64,000 nucleotides of DNA from positions 129,697 through 193,696 of the forward strand of contig JAFTMH010000002.1 in the NCBI GenBank assembly GCA_017452445.1. The letters run 5' to 3'. The notes under the pieces were generated by a model. That model saw only the letters and a program-made list of their open reading frames with translations. It was not told where the DNA came from and did no database searches. This DNA comes from Clostridia bacterium. Lineage in GTDB: Bacteria; Bacillota; Clostridia; Christensenellales; UBA1242. The position numbers were made by a program, and so were the translations under genes. Of this stretch, positions 47,370 to 57,027 are shown in pieces. Position 1 is the stretch's first letter, and every line of letters begins with the position of its first letter.

Positions 47370-48020
47370 ATGAAAATAAGATTGGCAGAAAAGGAAAATT
47401 TGTTTCCTAAAAAATACTACGAATGTTTTGCTAAAAATGTCCTTAGCAAAGTTTTGCCATACAAAGTTGTTTTGAGAGAACTTAAATGTGGATCGGATTA
47501 TCCAGACCTTGTTTCAAATGATGAAACTGTTGGCATTGAAGTCACTCGTGGCATCGATGAAGACATAGGAAAAAGACAAAAGTTGGTGCAACTTAAATAC
47601 GACAAAGAATATTTTCGAGAAGAAATCATTGAAGAAGCCGAAAGGCTTGGCATTGAAGACGATTTGGTGCACACAAAAGATTTTGTTTATCTTGGCACAA
47701 ACACAATGCCGGCAGAAGAAATCACAATTTTGGCAGAATCAATTTACAAAAAACTTGAAAGGTTGAACGCACCTCATTTCAACTTATATGAAGAAAACGC
47801 CTTGTTTGTTTTTTGCAGTATGCCACAAAAGGATATAGAAAGAGCATTTCATATGATTGATTGGGATTTTTATGGAATCCGTTTTGACAGAGTGTTTTTG
47901 CTTAGCGACAACATTTTGTATGTGTATGATTTTGACAAGATGATGCGCACAGAACTTTCCTCTGATACCATTAAAAAACTTGCAAAGAAAACAAGAAAAG
48001 AAATAAAAAATTTGAAATAA
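47370..48020 (+). CDS. Hypothetical protein, possibly with a PD-(D/E)xK nuclease-like core
   Basis: 216 aa. The YPDLVSNDETVGIEVTRG pattern is weakly reminiscent of D...ExK nucleases. Extended -10 TGATATGAT at 47355-47363 ends 6 nt before the ATG. Confidence 0.45.
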   Translation: MKIRLAEKENLFPKKYYECFAKNVLSKVLPYKVVLRELKCGSDYPDLVSNDETVGIEVTRGIDEDIGKRQKLVQLKYDKEYFREEIIEEAERLGIEDDLVHTKDFVYLGTNTMPAEEITILAESIYKKLERLNAPHFNLYEENALFVFCSMPQKDIERAFHMIDWDFYGIRFDRVFLLSDNILYVYDFDKMMRTELSSDTIKKLAKKTRKEIKNLK

Positions 48021-48050
48021 AAAAACCACTCGCTGAGTGGTTTTTGTTTT

Positions 48051-49274
48051 TTAGAAAATTACGACATAGTCATCTATCTTGTCAAAAAGATTTTCAATTG
48101 CCATACTTTTGTAGAAGTTGTCAACAAGTGAGTATTTTGTTTCACCAACCAAATCAACAAATTGCATGATTTCGCCATTTTGGTTGCAGAAGTTTGCAAT
48201 ATAATTTGAAGAAACAACAATTTCAGCATCAGAGCCTTTGTTAAACTCAATTGCTCTGCCTGTCCCACTTTCGAGGGAGTTGTTTTTTACAATGATGAGG
48301 CCAGTGAAATAGTTGTCTTGGTCGACTTCGCCATAGATGCCAATAGCATTGTCAGTGATGTTGATAAACTTGTTGTTGTCAATAATTGCATTTTCAAAAG
48401 AGTCAATTACGATACCTTGATAATGTCCAGAAATCGTGTTGTTTTCAAAGACAACATCTTTGATGTCGCCTGTTTGACTGCAAGAAAGATAAATTGCTGC
48501 CTTGTGTTGTTGAGCAGTTGAAGTTTCAAAAGTGCAATTTTTGATTTCAAAAGCTGAAACTTGCGAATCTTGATAAGTGCTGTCCACATAAATCAAACCG
48601 TTTGATCCGGCAAAGTTGAGGTTTTGAAATGTTATGTTTGTAAGTGAAATGTGAGAAGCGTGTTTTCCCCTTTGGTCAGCTTGCATATAATCCATGCCCC
48701 TTACAGCATCATAAATAAGTCCTCCATTGAAGGCCGATTGATCATCGGCAAAAGTTTCACCACTTCTTACAAAAAAAGTGTTGTTGATTGAAGTGCCTTC
48801 AACTCCAACAAAAGTTACATTTTCGATGTTGCGAGTGTAGTGATATCTAAAAGAGTCATCTTTGACAAGTTCGTTGAGTGCAAATGCATAAGTTTTGTCG
48901 TAAGTTGTGTCGCTTGTCCAAGCATAGATTCTGGTTGTTGAATCTGATTTTGAAGGTCTCAACTCCAAAAGGTTGTCAAAGTTGTAAGCACCAAAAACAA
49001 TTGTCTTTCCGTTGATGTTTGTGTCCAAAACGGATTGCACATTTTCTGGTGTGACAACAATTGAATTTTCCAAAACTTTTGCAGGACCATATTTGTCACA
49101 GTGTTGACATTTTTGGCTGTAATAAGCAGTGTCGTCCTTTATTGAATATTGAATTGTTTCTGTGTAGTCATGAATGTGACCTGGTCTGCCCAAGAGTGGA
49201 AAAATTAAAGCTGCAAAACCGACGAGCACCCCAAGAAGAACAATCGCAACGATAAGTTTTTTGCCTGTTGCCAT
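48051..49274 (-). CDS. Membrane-anchored right-handed beta-helix (PbH1 repeat) protein
   Basis: N-terminal TM anchor. Repeated N-x-I/F-x-N turns (VFENNTISGHYQGIVIDSFENAIIDNNKFINITDNAIGIYG...VKNNSLESGTGRAIEF). Confidence 0.6.
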   Translation of the reverse strand: MATGKKLIVAIVLLGVLVGFAALIFPLLGRPGHIHDYTETIQYSIKDDTAYYSQKCQHCDKYGPAKVLENSIVVTPENVQSVLDTNINGKTIVFGAYNFDNLLELRPSKSDSTTRIYAWTSDTTYDKTYAFALNELVKDDSFRYHYTRNIENVTFVGVEGTSINNTFFVRSGETFADDQSAFNGGLIYDAVRGMDYMQADQRGKHASHISLTNITFQNLNFAGSNGLIYVDSTYQDSQVSAFEIKNCTFETSTAQQHKAAIYLSCSQTGDIKDVVFENNTISGHYQGIVIDSFENAIIDNNKFINITDNAIGIYGEVDQDNYFTGLIIVKNNSLESGTGRAIEFNKGSDAEIVVSSNYIANFCNQNGEIMQFVDLVGETKYSLVDNFYKSMAIENLFDKIDDYVVIF

Positions 49275-49385
49275 AAAACATCTCCTTTTCTTATTTTAAT
49301 AATATCAAAATTTTCTATGCAAAGTAAACCATTTTTGCAAACAAGAAAAAAATAAAACACATTGTTTATAAATGTGTTTTTAACT

Positions 49386-49820
49386 TTACAACTTTTTAAC
49401 ATAGCAAACAATGCGATTTGCTTCGACAAAGCCTGCTGACTTATGAAAGGATTGACTTGCCGTGTTTGAAAGTTCGCAATCGCTTGCAAATTCGCTGCAA
49501 CCATTTTCTTTTGCCCAAGATTGGCAGTTTGCAAGAAGTTGTTTTGAAATGCCTTTGCCTCGAAAATTTTGTTCGACAAAAATGCCTTCAAGATAACCCA
49601 CAGGGCTTGTTTGTGTGCCTTCAACATAATCAAATCGAAGTTGACATTGTGCAAACCCAACAGTTTGGTCATTGCTTTTAGCAAGAAAAATGCAAGCATC
49701 ATTTTTACAGAGAAGTTGTTGAAATTCTTCTACAAGTTCGTCAATATCGTGCTCTGGCCACAATTTCAGTGCTAAAGATGCAATTTCTTCAACATCTTTG
49801 CTTGTTGCTTTTACGATCAT
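49386..49820 (-). CDS. GNAT acetyltransferase closely resembling the AAC(6')-I aminoglycoside acetyltransferases
   Basis: LWPEH...VGFAQCQLRFDYVEGTQTSPVGYLEGIFVEQNFRGKGISKQLL...GCSEFASDCELSNTASQSFHKSAGFVE parallels the AAC(6')-Iy sequence as I remember it. Confidence 0.7.
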   Translation of the reverse strand: MIVKATSKDVEEIASLALKLWPEHDIDELVEEFQQLLCKNDACIFLAKSNDQTVGFAQCQLRFDYVEGTQTSPVGYLEGIFVEQNFRGKGISKQLLANCQSWAKENGCSEFASDCELSNTASQSFHKSAGFVEANRIVCYVKKL

Positions 49821-49835
49821 AAAACCTCCAAACTG

Positions 49836-50534
49836 TTATTGATTGATTTTGTTTTTTGCATAAGGATAACCGGCTTTGTCCATAAGGTCGATCTCGTGTA
49901 TAATATCAAATTCAACAAACTTTTCTTCTAGATTGATTTGTGCATCGTCGCAAGTTATCAATAAGTATGGACCAGGGTTTTTAAGCCCACTTGAACCAAG
50001 GCAATAATAATGTTTTTTGTTGTTGGAAAAATGAGTTGTTTTGTGTTCGTGCCCAAAGATGTAATAGTCGGCATCAACATTTTCAAATTGTTGTTTGCGA
50101 ATATCAAAAGATGGATTTTCTGGACTGTCTACAACATTGATGTCATTGTTGAATTCTTCCCAAGCATAGTGAGAAAAGTAAAGCTGTTTTCCACCTGCAT
50201 TTAAGCGAAAGTCAATAGGCCAAGATTTTAGATAGGATTTGTTTTCATCTGAAACATTTTGACAAATCCAATCAAGTTGTTTAAGTTTGCTTGGGGAAAA
50301 CTCTGCCTTATCCACATCAGGGATATGGTCGCAAACATAAAAATCGTTGTTGCCTAAAAGTTTTATGCAATCCCATTGTTTCAAAGTGTTTATACATTCA
50401 TCAGGTCTGCTGCAACCAAAAACAATGTCGCCAAGAAAAATTCTTAAATCAGCAGTTTTGAAATCTTCGGTGTTTTCCAATGCTTGCAAACAACTTAAAC
50501 TGCCGTGAACATCAGTAAAAACAAATATTTTCAT
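49836..50534 (-). CDS. Calcineurin-like metallophosphoesterase
   Basis: Motifs FTDVHG, GDIV, GNND and GHEH. Confidence 0.8.
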   Translation of the reverse strand: MKIFVFTDVHGSLSCLQALENTEDFKTADLRIFLGDIVFGCSRPDECINTLKQWDCIKLLGNNDFYVCDHIPDVDKAEFSPSKLKQLDWICQNVSDENKSYLKSWPIDFRLNAGGKQLYFSHYAWEEFNNDINVVDSPENPSFDIRKQQFENVDADYYIFGHEHKTTHFSNNKKHYYCLGSSGLKNPGPYLLITCDDAQINLEEKFVEFDIIHEIDLMDKAGYPYAKNKINQ

Positions 50535-50633
50535 TTTGTATCCTCTTAAAATTATTATAAAGCACGACCAGCAAGCAAGTCAAATTGTAGGAAAACAAAA
50601 AATCACCTTTACCCAAAGATAAAGGTGATTGTC

Positions 50634-50721
50634 TGGCGCAGAGTTAGGGATTCGAACCCCAGGTAGCTTTCACTACAACGGTTTTCAAGACCGCCGCTTT
50701 CGACCGCTCAGCCAACTCTGC
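50634..50721 (-). tRNA. tRNA-Ser (anticodon UGA), CCA encoded
   Basis: Acceptor GCAGAGU/ACUCUGC. Anticodon loop CU-UGA-AA. Long variable arm. T-loop GGUUCGAAUCC. A terminator hairpin at 50601-50630 follows. Confidence 0.9.
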
Positions 50722-50857
50722 ATAAGGTCGCTACTTCAATAGCAAAGAAAGTATAATATATTTTGACCGAATTTGCAAGTGTTTTTCAAAAATTTTTGAA
50801 AATTTGGAGAAAAAATAAACAGTCGCAACGGCCAAACTGTCGACAAACAGGGAAAAG

Positions 50858-50874
50858 TTGTCCACTTATCCACA
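50858..50874 (+). promoter_or_regulatory. Isolated tandem DnaA boxes outside oriC
   Basis: TTGTCCAC at 50858-50865 is directly followed by a perfect TTATCCACA at 50866-50874. Confidence 0.55.
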
Positions 50875-50899
50875 AAAAAAAGGTTAAAGAAAGTTTTCT

Positions 50900-51460
50900 C
50901 TAACCTTTGTAGTTTTTGCAGAACTCTTGATATTTTGCCCACACCTCATCTGCAAGATCTTGAGGGGTGCGATCTTTGCTGTCAATAACCAAGTCATAAT
51001 GCGAAAGATCATACAAATCAATGTTGTAGATTTGTTTGTATCTGTCCACTTCCAAAATTTGACGATTTGCCAAAGTTTCTTCTGCTGCTTCTCTTGTTGA
51101 ATATTTTTCTTTGCCTGTGCGATCAGAGTTGACAAGTCTTTCGATGCTTACTTCTCTGTCAAGGTCAACAAACACTTTGAATGACTTTGGGACAAAGTGC
51201 CAAGCAAGACGACTGTCAAAGATGTATTTTTGTCCTTCATATTGTTTGCCAAGGTCGACTGTTTGTTGGTCGATAACATAATCAAATGATGGGTCGCTCA
51301 TGCAAAATTTGTTGAACTCTTCTGTTGTCATGCCTCTTTTGTGTGCTTCTGCTTTGAAGATGTCGCCTACTCCAATGCGTGTGAAGCCGTGTTGATCGAC
51401 AAGAAGTTTTGCGATTGTAGATTTTCCACTGCAAGGTTTTCCTGTGATTGTGATGATCAT
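50900..51460 (-). CDS. Cytidylate-kinase-like P-loop nucleotide kinase
   Basis: MIITITGKPCSGKSTIAKLL Walker A, 186 aa, AGGAGG RBS. A strong terminator overlaps the stop at 50881-50905. Confidence 0.65.
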   Translation of the reverse strand: MIITITGKPCSGKSTIAKLLVDQHGFTRIGVGDIFKAEAHKRGMTTEEFNKFCMSDPSFDYVIDQQTVDLGKQYEGQKYIFDSRLAWHFVPKSFKVFVDLDREVSIERLVNSDRTGKEKYSTREAAEETLANRQILEVDRYKQIYNIDLYDLSHYDLVIDSKDRTPQDLADEVWAKYQEFCKNYKG

Positions 51461-51592
51461 TGTTTCCTCCTATGGTTTATTGTATGTTAGCACAATAAAC
51501 CTCATTTTCAAAACAAATGTTTCAAAAAGTTTGAAGTTTTTTTGCAAATGTGATATTCTATATTCGGATAGAAAAAAAGGAGAAAAATTATT

Positions 51593-52417
51593 ATGCATAC
51601 ATGTGAAGCTACAGGAAAAACTATAGAACAAGCAATTCAAAACGCATTGTTGGAACTCAAAGCCGCAAGAGAAGATGTAGACATCAAAATTTTGAGCGAA
51701 GGTGGATTTCTTAAAAAAGCAAAAGTAGTTGTTTCGATTTCAGAAGATGCAATCGAAAAATACGAAAAGAAAGAACAGTTTAAAAAATCATTGGCAGAAG
51801 AAGAAAAAGAAACAGCAGACGAAGACTTTGCAGAAAAGTTTATGGAAAAGAAAATTAAAATTATTGCTGATGAAGAATATGTAAAACCAGAACCAAAAAA
51901 AGTTGAAAAGACTGAAGCTCCTGCAAAGAGCGAAGAAGCAGTTGCAGAAAAGAAAGAAAGAATCGAAAGAAAACTCACTGCAGAAGAATTTGTTGGTGGC
52001 GTGCTTCAAGCGCTCAACCTCAAAGGCGAAATTCAAAAAACAGAAGATGAAAAGTTTGTTCGCTACAATGTTGCTGGCGAAGATCTCAACGACCTTATTG
52101 GTCACCATGGCGATTGCATGATGGCACTCTCTTATTTGATGACTTTGACTTGCAAATCAGAAGACAGAAAGAAAATTGTTTTGGATGTCGAAGGTTACAG
52201 AAAGAAGAGAGAAGAATCTTTGATTGCTTTGGCAAAAAGAATTGCAAGCAAAGTTGCAAAATCTGGACAATATTACAAACTCGAACCTATGGATGCAAGC
52301 GAAAGAAAAATTATCCACACAGCATTGCAATCTGATGACAGAGTTACAACTTTGAGCAAGGGAGAAGAACCTCGCAGATATTTGATGGTTTTTCCAAGAG
52401 AATACAAAGAAAACTAA
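51593..52417 (+). CDS. jag: RNA-binding protein Jag/KhpB (Jag_N, KH and R3H domains)
   Basis: Jag_N GKTIEQAIQNALLEL. R3H region MDASERKIIHTALQSDDRVTTLSKGEEPRRYLMVFP. Terminator at 52450-52482. Confidence 0.88.
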   Translation: MHTCEATGKTIEQAIQNALLELKAAREDVDIKILSEGGFLKKAKVVVSISEDAIEKYEKKEQFKKSLAEEEKETADEDFAEKFMEKKIKIIADEEYVKPEPKKVEKTEAPAKSEEAVAEKKERIERKLTAEEFVGGVLQALNLKGEIQKTEDEKFVRYNVAGEDLNDLIGHHGDCMMALSYLMTLTCKSEDRKKIVLDVEGYRKKREESLIALAKRIASKVAKSGQYYKLEPMDASERKIIHTALQSDDRVTTLSKGEEPRRYLMVFPREYKEN

Positions 52418-52489
52418 TCTCAAAGCAAAATTACAAAAGTTGAAAGATTGGGCTTGCAAAATTTTGCAAGCCCCTTTTTATAAGGAAAT

Positions 52490-53737
52490 ATGGAACATAC
52501 AAAATTTAATCTCAATTTTAGAAAAAGAATAAACACAAGAAGGCAGTTGTTTCTTATCTTTATGTTTATTGCCTTTTATGGCGTAGCATTGGGGATTTGG
52601 GAAAATTATAAGTCTGACTGGCTTGAACAACACGGATTTTCAATCTCAAACCTTTCGTTGATCATAAGTTCGGGATTGTTGGTGGCGGCAGCTTTGTCAA
52701 TGGCGATTGCGTTGGTTTTCAAAACACTGTCCACAAAAAAAATTATTGCAGTGTGCAGCAGCATAAAGTTGTTGTCGATGATTGCCCTTGCTTGCTTTTT
52801 TGAAAAAAACATTTCAAACGCTCTTGTTTTTGTTGTGTTTATGATTGACACGATTTGTGGACAACTTGTTGTTTTTTCGATTTATCCACTTATGGCTGCA
52901 TCGGTGCAAAACAACAAACTTTATGGAAAAAGAAAGTTGCTTGATTGGTTTATGAATGATGTCGGTCTTGTGATCGCAATGTGTATTTTTACAATCATGC
53001 CAAAAGGCAGTTTCAGATACAATTTGTTGCTTATCATTTCGATTGTCTTTGTGGCAGTTTCGGTTGTGCTTGCTTATATGTTTGAAGAGCCTCCGGTTGA
53101 AAAATCAAAAGTAAATCTCAAACGCATTTTCTGTGACAAAATCACGACATTGTTTGTTTGGGGTTATACATTTGTTGGGACGATATCTTACAACATTGTT
53201 TTGGGCATGCAGGCAATTATGCTGCAAACATTGGCAGGGCTTTCGATCGCCCAAGTAAGCATCTTCTTGCTTGTTGCAAGTTTGGCTGGTGATGTGGTCG
53301 GATATATTTCATTGTTGAAGTTTACGGCAAGACACGGCAAAGCGGCCATCATCTTGAAGTTTTGTGTAAGATGTTTTGGATATCTGCTTGTTGTTGCGAC
53401 AGGCAACTGGGTGGTGCTTTTGATTGCGACATTTTTATCCCTTTTGGTGTCCAGATCTTTTTCGCATGTCACCGACGGACCATATCTCAACCGTGTTGGC
53501 AGAAGTGAGCAATTTATCATGACAAACTACAAACTCGCTGCCGAATATGCCGGAAAAGCAATCGGTATTGTGCTTGCAGCAGAATTGTTTAAGTCTGGCA
53601 TGAGAGCTGTGTTTGGATTGTCGGCCGGATTGATGCTTATTCAAATTACAGTTGCGTTCTGGATCAATCATTTGAGACAAAAAGAAAGAGTTTGCAGAAG
53701 AAATGTTTATTTTGCAGACAAGATTGAAAGAAGTTGA
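52490..53737 (+). CDS. Putative MFS-type transporter (about 12 TM helices)
   Basis: 415 aa, hydrophobic throughout. Inserted between jag and mnmE. Terminator at 53748-53778. Confidence 0.5.
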   Translation: MEHTKFNLNFRKRINTRRQLFLIFMFIAFYGVALGIWENYKSDWLEQHGFSISNLSLIISSGLLVAAALSMAIALVFKTLSTKKIIAVCSSIKLLSMIALACFFEKNISNALVFVVFMIDTICGQLVVFSIYPLMAASVQNNKLYGKRKLLDWFMNDVGLVIAMCIFTIMPKGSFRYNLLLIISIVFVAVSVVLAYMFEEPPVEKSKVNLKRIFCDKITTLFVWGYTFVGTISYNIVLGMQAIMLQTLAGLSIAQVSIFLLVASLAGDVVGYISLLKFTARHGKAAIILKFCVRCFGYLLVVATGNWVVLLIATFLSLLVSRSFSHVTDGPYLNRVGRSEQFIMTNYKLAAEYAGKAIGIVLAAELFKSGMRAVFGLSAGLMLIQITVAFWINHLRQKERVCRRNVYFADKIERS

Positions 53738-53765
53738 AATAAGAAAAATCAAACAAAATCTATGT

Positions 53766-53794
53766 TTGATTTTTTTTGTTGTGTTTGCTATAAT
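53766..53794 (+). promoter_or_regulatory. mnmE promoter, with the -10 element ending 7 nt before the ATG (leaderless configuration)
   Basis: TTGATT at 53766-53771, a 17 nt spacer, TGCTATAAT with TATAAT at 53789-53794. ATAAGAC then precedes the ATG, with no SD. Confidence 0.55.
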
Positions 53795-53801
53795 ATAAGA
53801 C

Positions 53802-55139
53802 ATGAAAGATTGTATTGTTTCTATATCAACACCTTTGGGCAAAGGTGCAGTTTCAATTGTAAGAATGAGTGGGGCAAAATCGCTTGATGTTGCACTCACA
53901 CTTTTTTATTCTCAAAAACTTGAAAGAGAAAACATTATCCCAAGATATATGTATTTCGGAAAGATTAAACTTGAAGAAAATGTGTTTGAAGAATGTTTGA
54001 TGGTTTATTTCAAAGCGCCATTTTCTTACACTGGTGAAGATATTGTAGAGTTTCAAATTCACGGTGGTGTTTTGCTTGCGCAAAAAATTGTTGAAGCGTG
54101 CTTGCAAGCAGGCTCTCGCCTTGCCGAACCTGGTGAATATTCGAAGCGTGCATTTTTGAATGACAAAATAACTTTGGATAAGGCAGAAGCAATCATTGGC
54201 GAAATAAATGCTGAAACAGAAGGCGAACTCAAAAGCAGTTTGCAAGTCACAAATGGTCGCCTTGCGAGTGCTGTGTTGGAGCAACAAGAACAGTTGAAAT
54301 ATCTTTTGGCCGAACTTGAAGTCGGCATGGATTATCCGGACGAGACGGAAGAGTTGGGATTGAAATTGAATGTGATTGAAAGATTGCAAAAAATTGAAGA
54401 TGCAAACGATTTGATTTTGCAACAATCTCAAAGTGCAACTTATCTTAAAAACGGGATCAATGTTGCTCTTGTCGGCAAAACAAATGTTGGAAAGAGCAGC
54501 GTTATGAACGCTTTGCTTGGCGAAGATAGAGCAATCGTGACTGACATTCAAGGCACAACAAGAGACAGTATCACTGAAAGTTTTATTTACAATGGCATCA
54601 AAATCAATCTTATTGACACTGCCGGAATTAGAGAAACGGAAGATGTTGTCGAAAGTATTGGCATTGAAAAAAGCAAACAAAACCTCAACACGGCAGACCT
54701 TGTGTTGTTTGTTGTTGATGGAAGTGAAAGTTTAAGCGAAGAAGATGAAGAAATTTGCAAGCTTTTGCAAGGCAAAAAACTTATCACAGTTGTAAACAAA
54801 ACTGACAAACAAAGAGTTTTGACAGCGCAAGAAAATGAAATTGAAGTTTCTGCAATGACAAACAAAAACATTCAACAGCTCAAACAAAAAATTGTTGATA
54901 TGGTCATCGAAGAAGAAATTGATTTCAACAGTTTGGTGTTGACAAACGAAAGACAAATGCAGATTTTGAAGGAAGCAAAAATGTTGATTGAAGAAGTTAA
55001 ACAAAAACAAAACGAATCTCTTGACATTTTGACAATGCTTGTAAAACGCATTTGGCAAACACTTGGAAAAATCACAGGAAACACAGAAAACGAAGATATC
55101 ATTGATTTGATATTTTCAAAATTTTGCTTAGGAAAATAA
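53802..55139 (+). CDS. mnmE: tRNA modification GTPase MnmE
   Basis: G1 GKTNVGKSS, DTAGIRE, NKTD, and the C-terminal FCLGK motif. Confidence 0.95.
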   Translation: MKDCIVSISTPLGKGAVSIVRMSGAKSLDVALTLFYSQKLERENIIPRYMYFGKIKLEENVFEECLMVYFKAPFSYTGEDIVEFQIHGGVLLAQKIVEACLQAGSRLAEPGEYSKRAFLNDKITLDKAEAIIGEINAETEGELKSSLQVTNGRLASAVLEQQEQLKYLLAELEVGMDYPDETEELGLKLNVIERLQKIEDANDLILQQSQSATYLKNGINVALVGKTNVGKSSVMNALLGEDRAIVTDIQGTTRDSITESFIYNGIKINLIDTAGIRETEDVVESIGIEKSKQNLNTADLVLFVVDGSESLSEEDEEICKLLQGKKLITVVNKTDKQRVLTAQENEIEVSAMTNKNIQQLKQKIVDMVIEEEIDFNSLVLTNERQMQILKEAKMLIEEVKQKQNESLDILTMLVKRIWQTLGKITGNTENEDIIDLIFSKFCLGK

Positions 55140-55143
55140 AAGA

Positions 55144-57012
55144 ATGGAAAGAAAAACAGAAATTTTTGATTCGATTGTTATTGGTGCTGGTCATGCTGGC
55201 TGTGAAGCTGCACTCGCCTTGGCAAGGACAGGAAACAAGACTTTGTTGCTTACAATCAGTCTTGATGCAATCGCCTTTTTGGCGTGCAACCCATCAATTG
55301 GTGGCACTGCAAAAGGTCAACTTGTTGGAGAGATTGATGCGCTTGGTGGCGAGATGGGTGTCAATGCTGACAAGACAGCAATTCAAATAAGAATGTTGAA
55401 TCGTGGAAAAGGTCCTGCTGTGCAAAGTTTGAGAGCACAAGCAGACAAAAATGCTTATCATATAGAAATGAAAAAAACTCTTGAAAAAGAGAAAAATTTG
55501 TTGGTGAGACAAGGCGAAGTTGTCAGCGTTGAAATTGATGGCGAAGACAAAATTGTTTCGACTCAACTTGGATTGAAATATCAAGCAAGAAGTGTTGTTT
55601 TTGCAACAGGGGTTTATCTTAAAAGCGAAATCATTATTGGAAGTTGCAGAGAAAAAGTTGGACCAAATGGTTTCAAAAACAGTTCCAAACTTTCTGACAG
55701 TTTGAAAAAACTCGGCATCAAGCTTGAAAGATTTAAAACCGGCACTCCTGTGCGTGTGCATGCAAGAAGCGTGGATTATTCACAAATGGAAATCCAAAAT
55801 GGTGATGATGACATAATGCCATTTTCTTATATGACAAAAGAAAAACCAAAAAACAAGGCTGTATGCTATCTCACTTACACAACACCTCTCACTCATGAGA
55901 TAATCAGAAACAATTTTGACAAAGCGCCTGCGATCTCTGGCGAGATTAAGGGTGTTGGCCCAAGATATTGCCCTTCAATTGAGACCAAAGTGTTGCGTTT
56001 TGCAGACAAAGAAAGGCATCAACTTTTCTTGGAGCCAGAAGCACTTGACACCCAAGAAATGTATTTGCAAGGGTTTAGCACTTCAATGCCAGCTGACATT
56101 CAACAAGAAATGGTTGAGTCTGTTATTGGCATGAAAGATGCAGAAATTATGAGAGATGCTTATGCAATCGAATATGATTGTATTGACCCAACTCAACTTA
56201 AACCTACATTGGAATTGAAAACAATAGATGGGCTTTTCTTTGCAGGTCAAATCAACGGAACTAGTGGTTATGAAGAGGCTGGTGCACAAGGTTTGATTGC
56301 CGGCATCAACGCAAGTCTTTACAACCAAGGCAAAGAACAAATTGTTTTGAAGAGAAGTGATGCATATATCGGCGTGCTTATTGACGACATTGTCACAAAA
56401 GGCACAAACGAACCTTATCGAATGATGACAAGCCGTGCAGAATATCGCCTCTTGCTCCGACAAGACAATGCAGATGTCAGATTGACAGAGATTGGCAGAA
56501 AAGTTGGTCTTGTTTCTGATGAAAGATATCAAACTTATCTCGACAAGATTGCCAAGATGAAAGAAATTGAAGCAAAGCTTGAAGAAAAGGTAAAGGTTGA
56601 TGAAAAGCTTATCAAGCTTTGTCAGGACAATGAAGAAAACATTCCAAGAGAAAGTATGAAACTTCGTGATTTGATGAGAAGAAACAACATAGACATCTAC
56701 AAACTCGATGCAACATACAATTTGTTTGACGAAAGCGAAAAAGATTTGCTCGATTTTGTAAACATCAACATCAAATATGAAGGTTATCTCAAACAACAAC
56801 AAGAAGATGTTGAAAGAATGTTGGCAAATGAAAATGTTTCAATTCCTGAAGATTTTGATTATCAATCAATCAAAGGTTTGAGACAAGAAGCGATTGAAAA
56901 GCTTTCGCAAATTCGCCCATTCAATTTGGGACAGGCATCAAGAATTTCTGGTGTGTCACCTGCTGATGTTTCAGTGCTTTCAATTTTAGTTAAAAAGACA
57001 AACAAAAACTAG
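55144..57012 (+). CDS. mnmG: tRNA uridine 5-carboxymethylaminomethyl modification enzyme MnmG (GidA)
   Basis: FAD-binding VIGAGHAGCEAA, then GGTAKGQLVGEIDALGG. 622 aa. Confidence 0.96.
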   Translation: MERKTEIFDSIVIGAGHAGCEAALALARTGNKTLLLTISLDAIAFLACNPSIGGTAKGQLVGEIDALGGEMGVNADKTAIQIRMLNRGKGPAVQSLRAQADKNAYHIEMKKTLEKEKNLLVRQGEVVSVEIDGEDKIVSTQLGLKYQARSVVFATGVYLKSEIIIGSCREKVGPNGFKNSSKLSDSLKKLGIKLERFKTGTPVRVHARSVDYSQMEIQNGDDDIMPFSYMTKEKPKNKAVCYLTYTTPLTHEIIRNNFDKAPAISGEIKGVGPRYCPSIETKVLRFADKERHQLFLEPEALDTQEMYLQGFSTSMPADIQQEMVESVIGMKDAEIMRDAYAIEYDCIDPTQLKPTLELKTIDGLFFAGQINGTSGYEEAGAQGLIAGINASLYNQGKEQIVLKRSDAYIGVLIDDIVTKGTNEPYRMMTSRAEYRLLLRQDNADVRLTEIGRKVGLVSDERYQTYLDKIAKMKEIEAKLEEKVKVDEKLIKLCQDNEENIPRESMKLRDLMRRNNIDIYKLDATYNLFDESEKDLLDFVNINIKYEGYLKQQQEDVERMLANENVSIPEDFDYQSIKGLRQEAIEKLSQIRPFNLGQASRISGVSPADVSVLSILVKKTNKN

Positions 57013-57027
57013 TTTTGGATAGGAAAA

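Noticed and set aside
49205-49702. A 165 aa minus-strand ORF overlapping the GNAT gene and the start of the beta-helix gene.
   Set aside because: It is an alternative frame of the well-supported AAC(6')-like gene, and its translation has no recognisable features.
30655-51592. Considered calling the accessory block a prophage or an integrative element.
   Set aside because: No integrase, recombinase, transposase, terminase or capsid genes were recognised, and I could identify no flanking direct repeats by eye.
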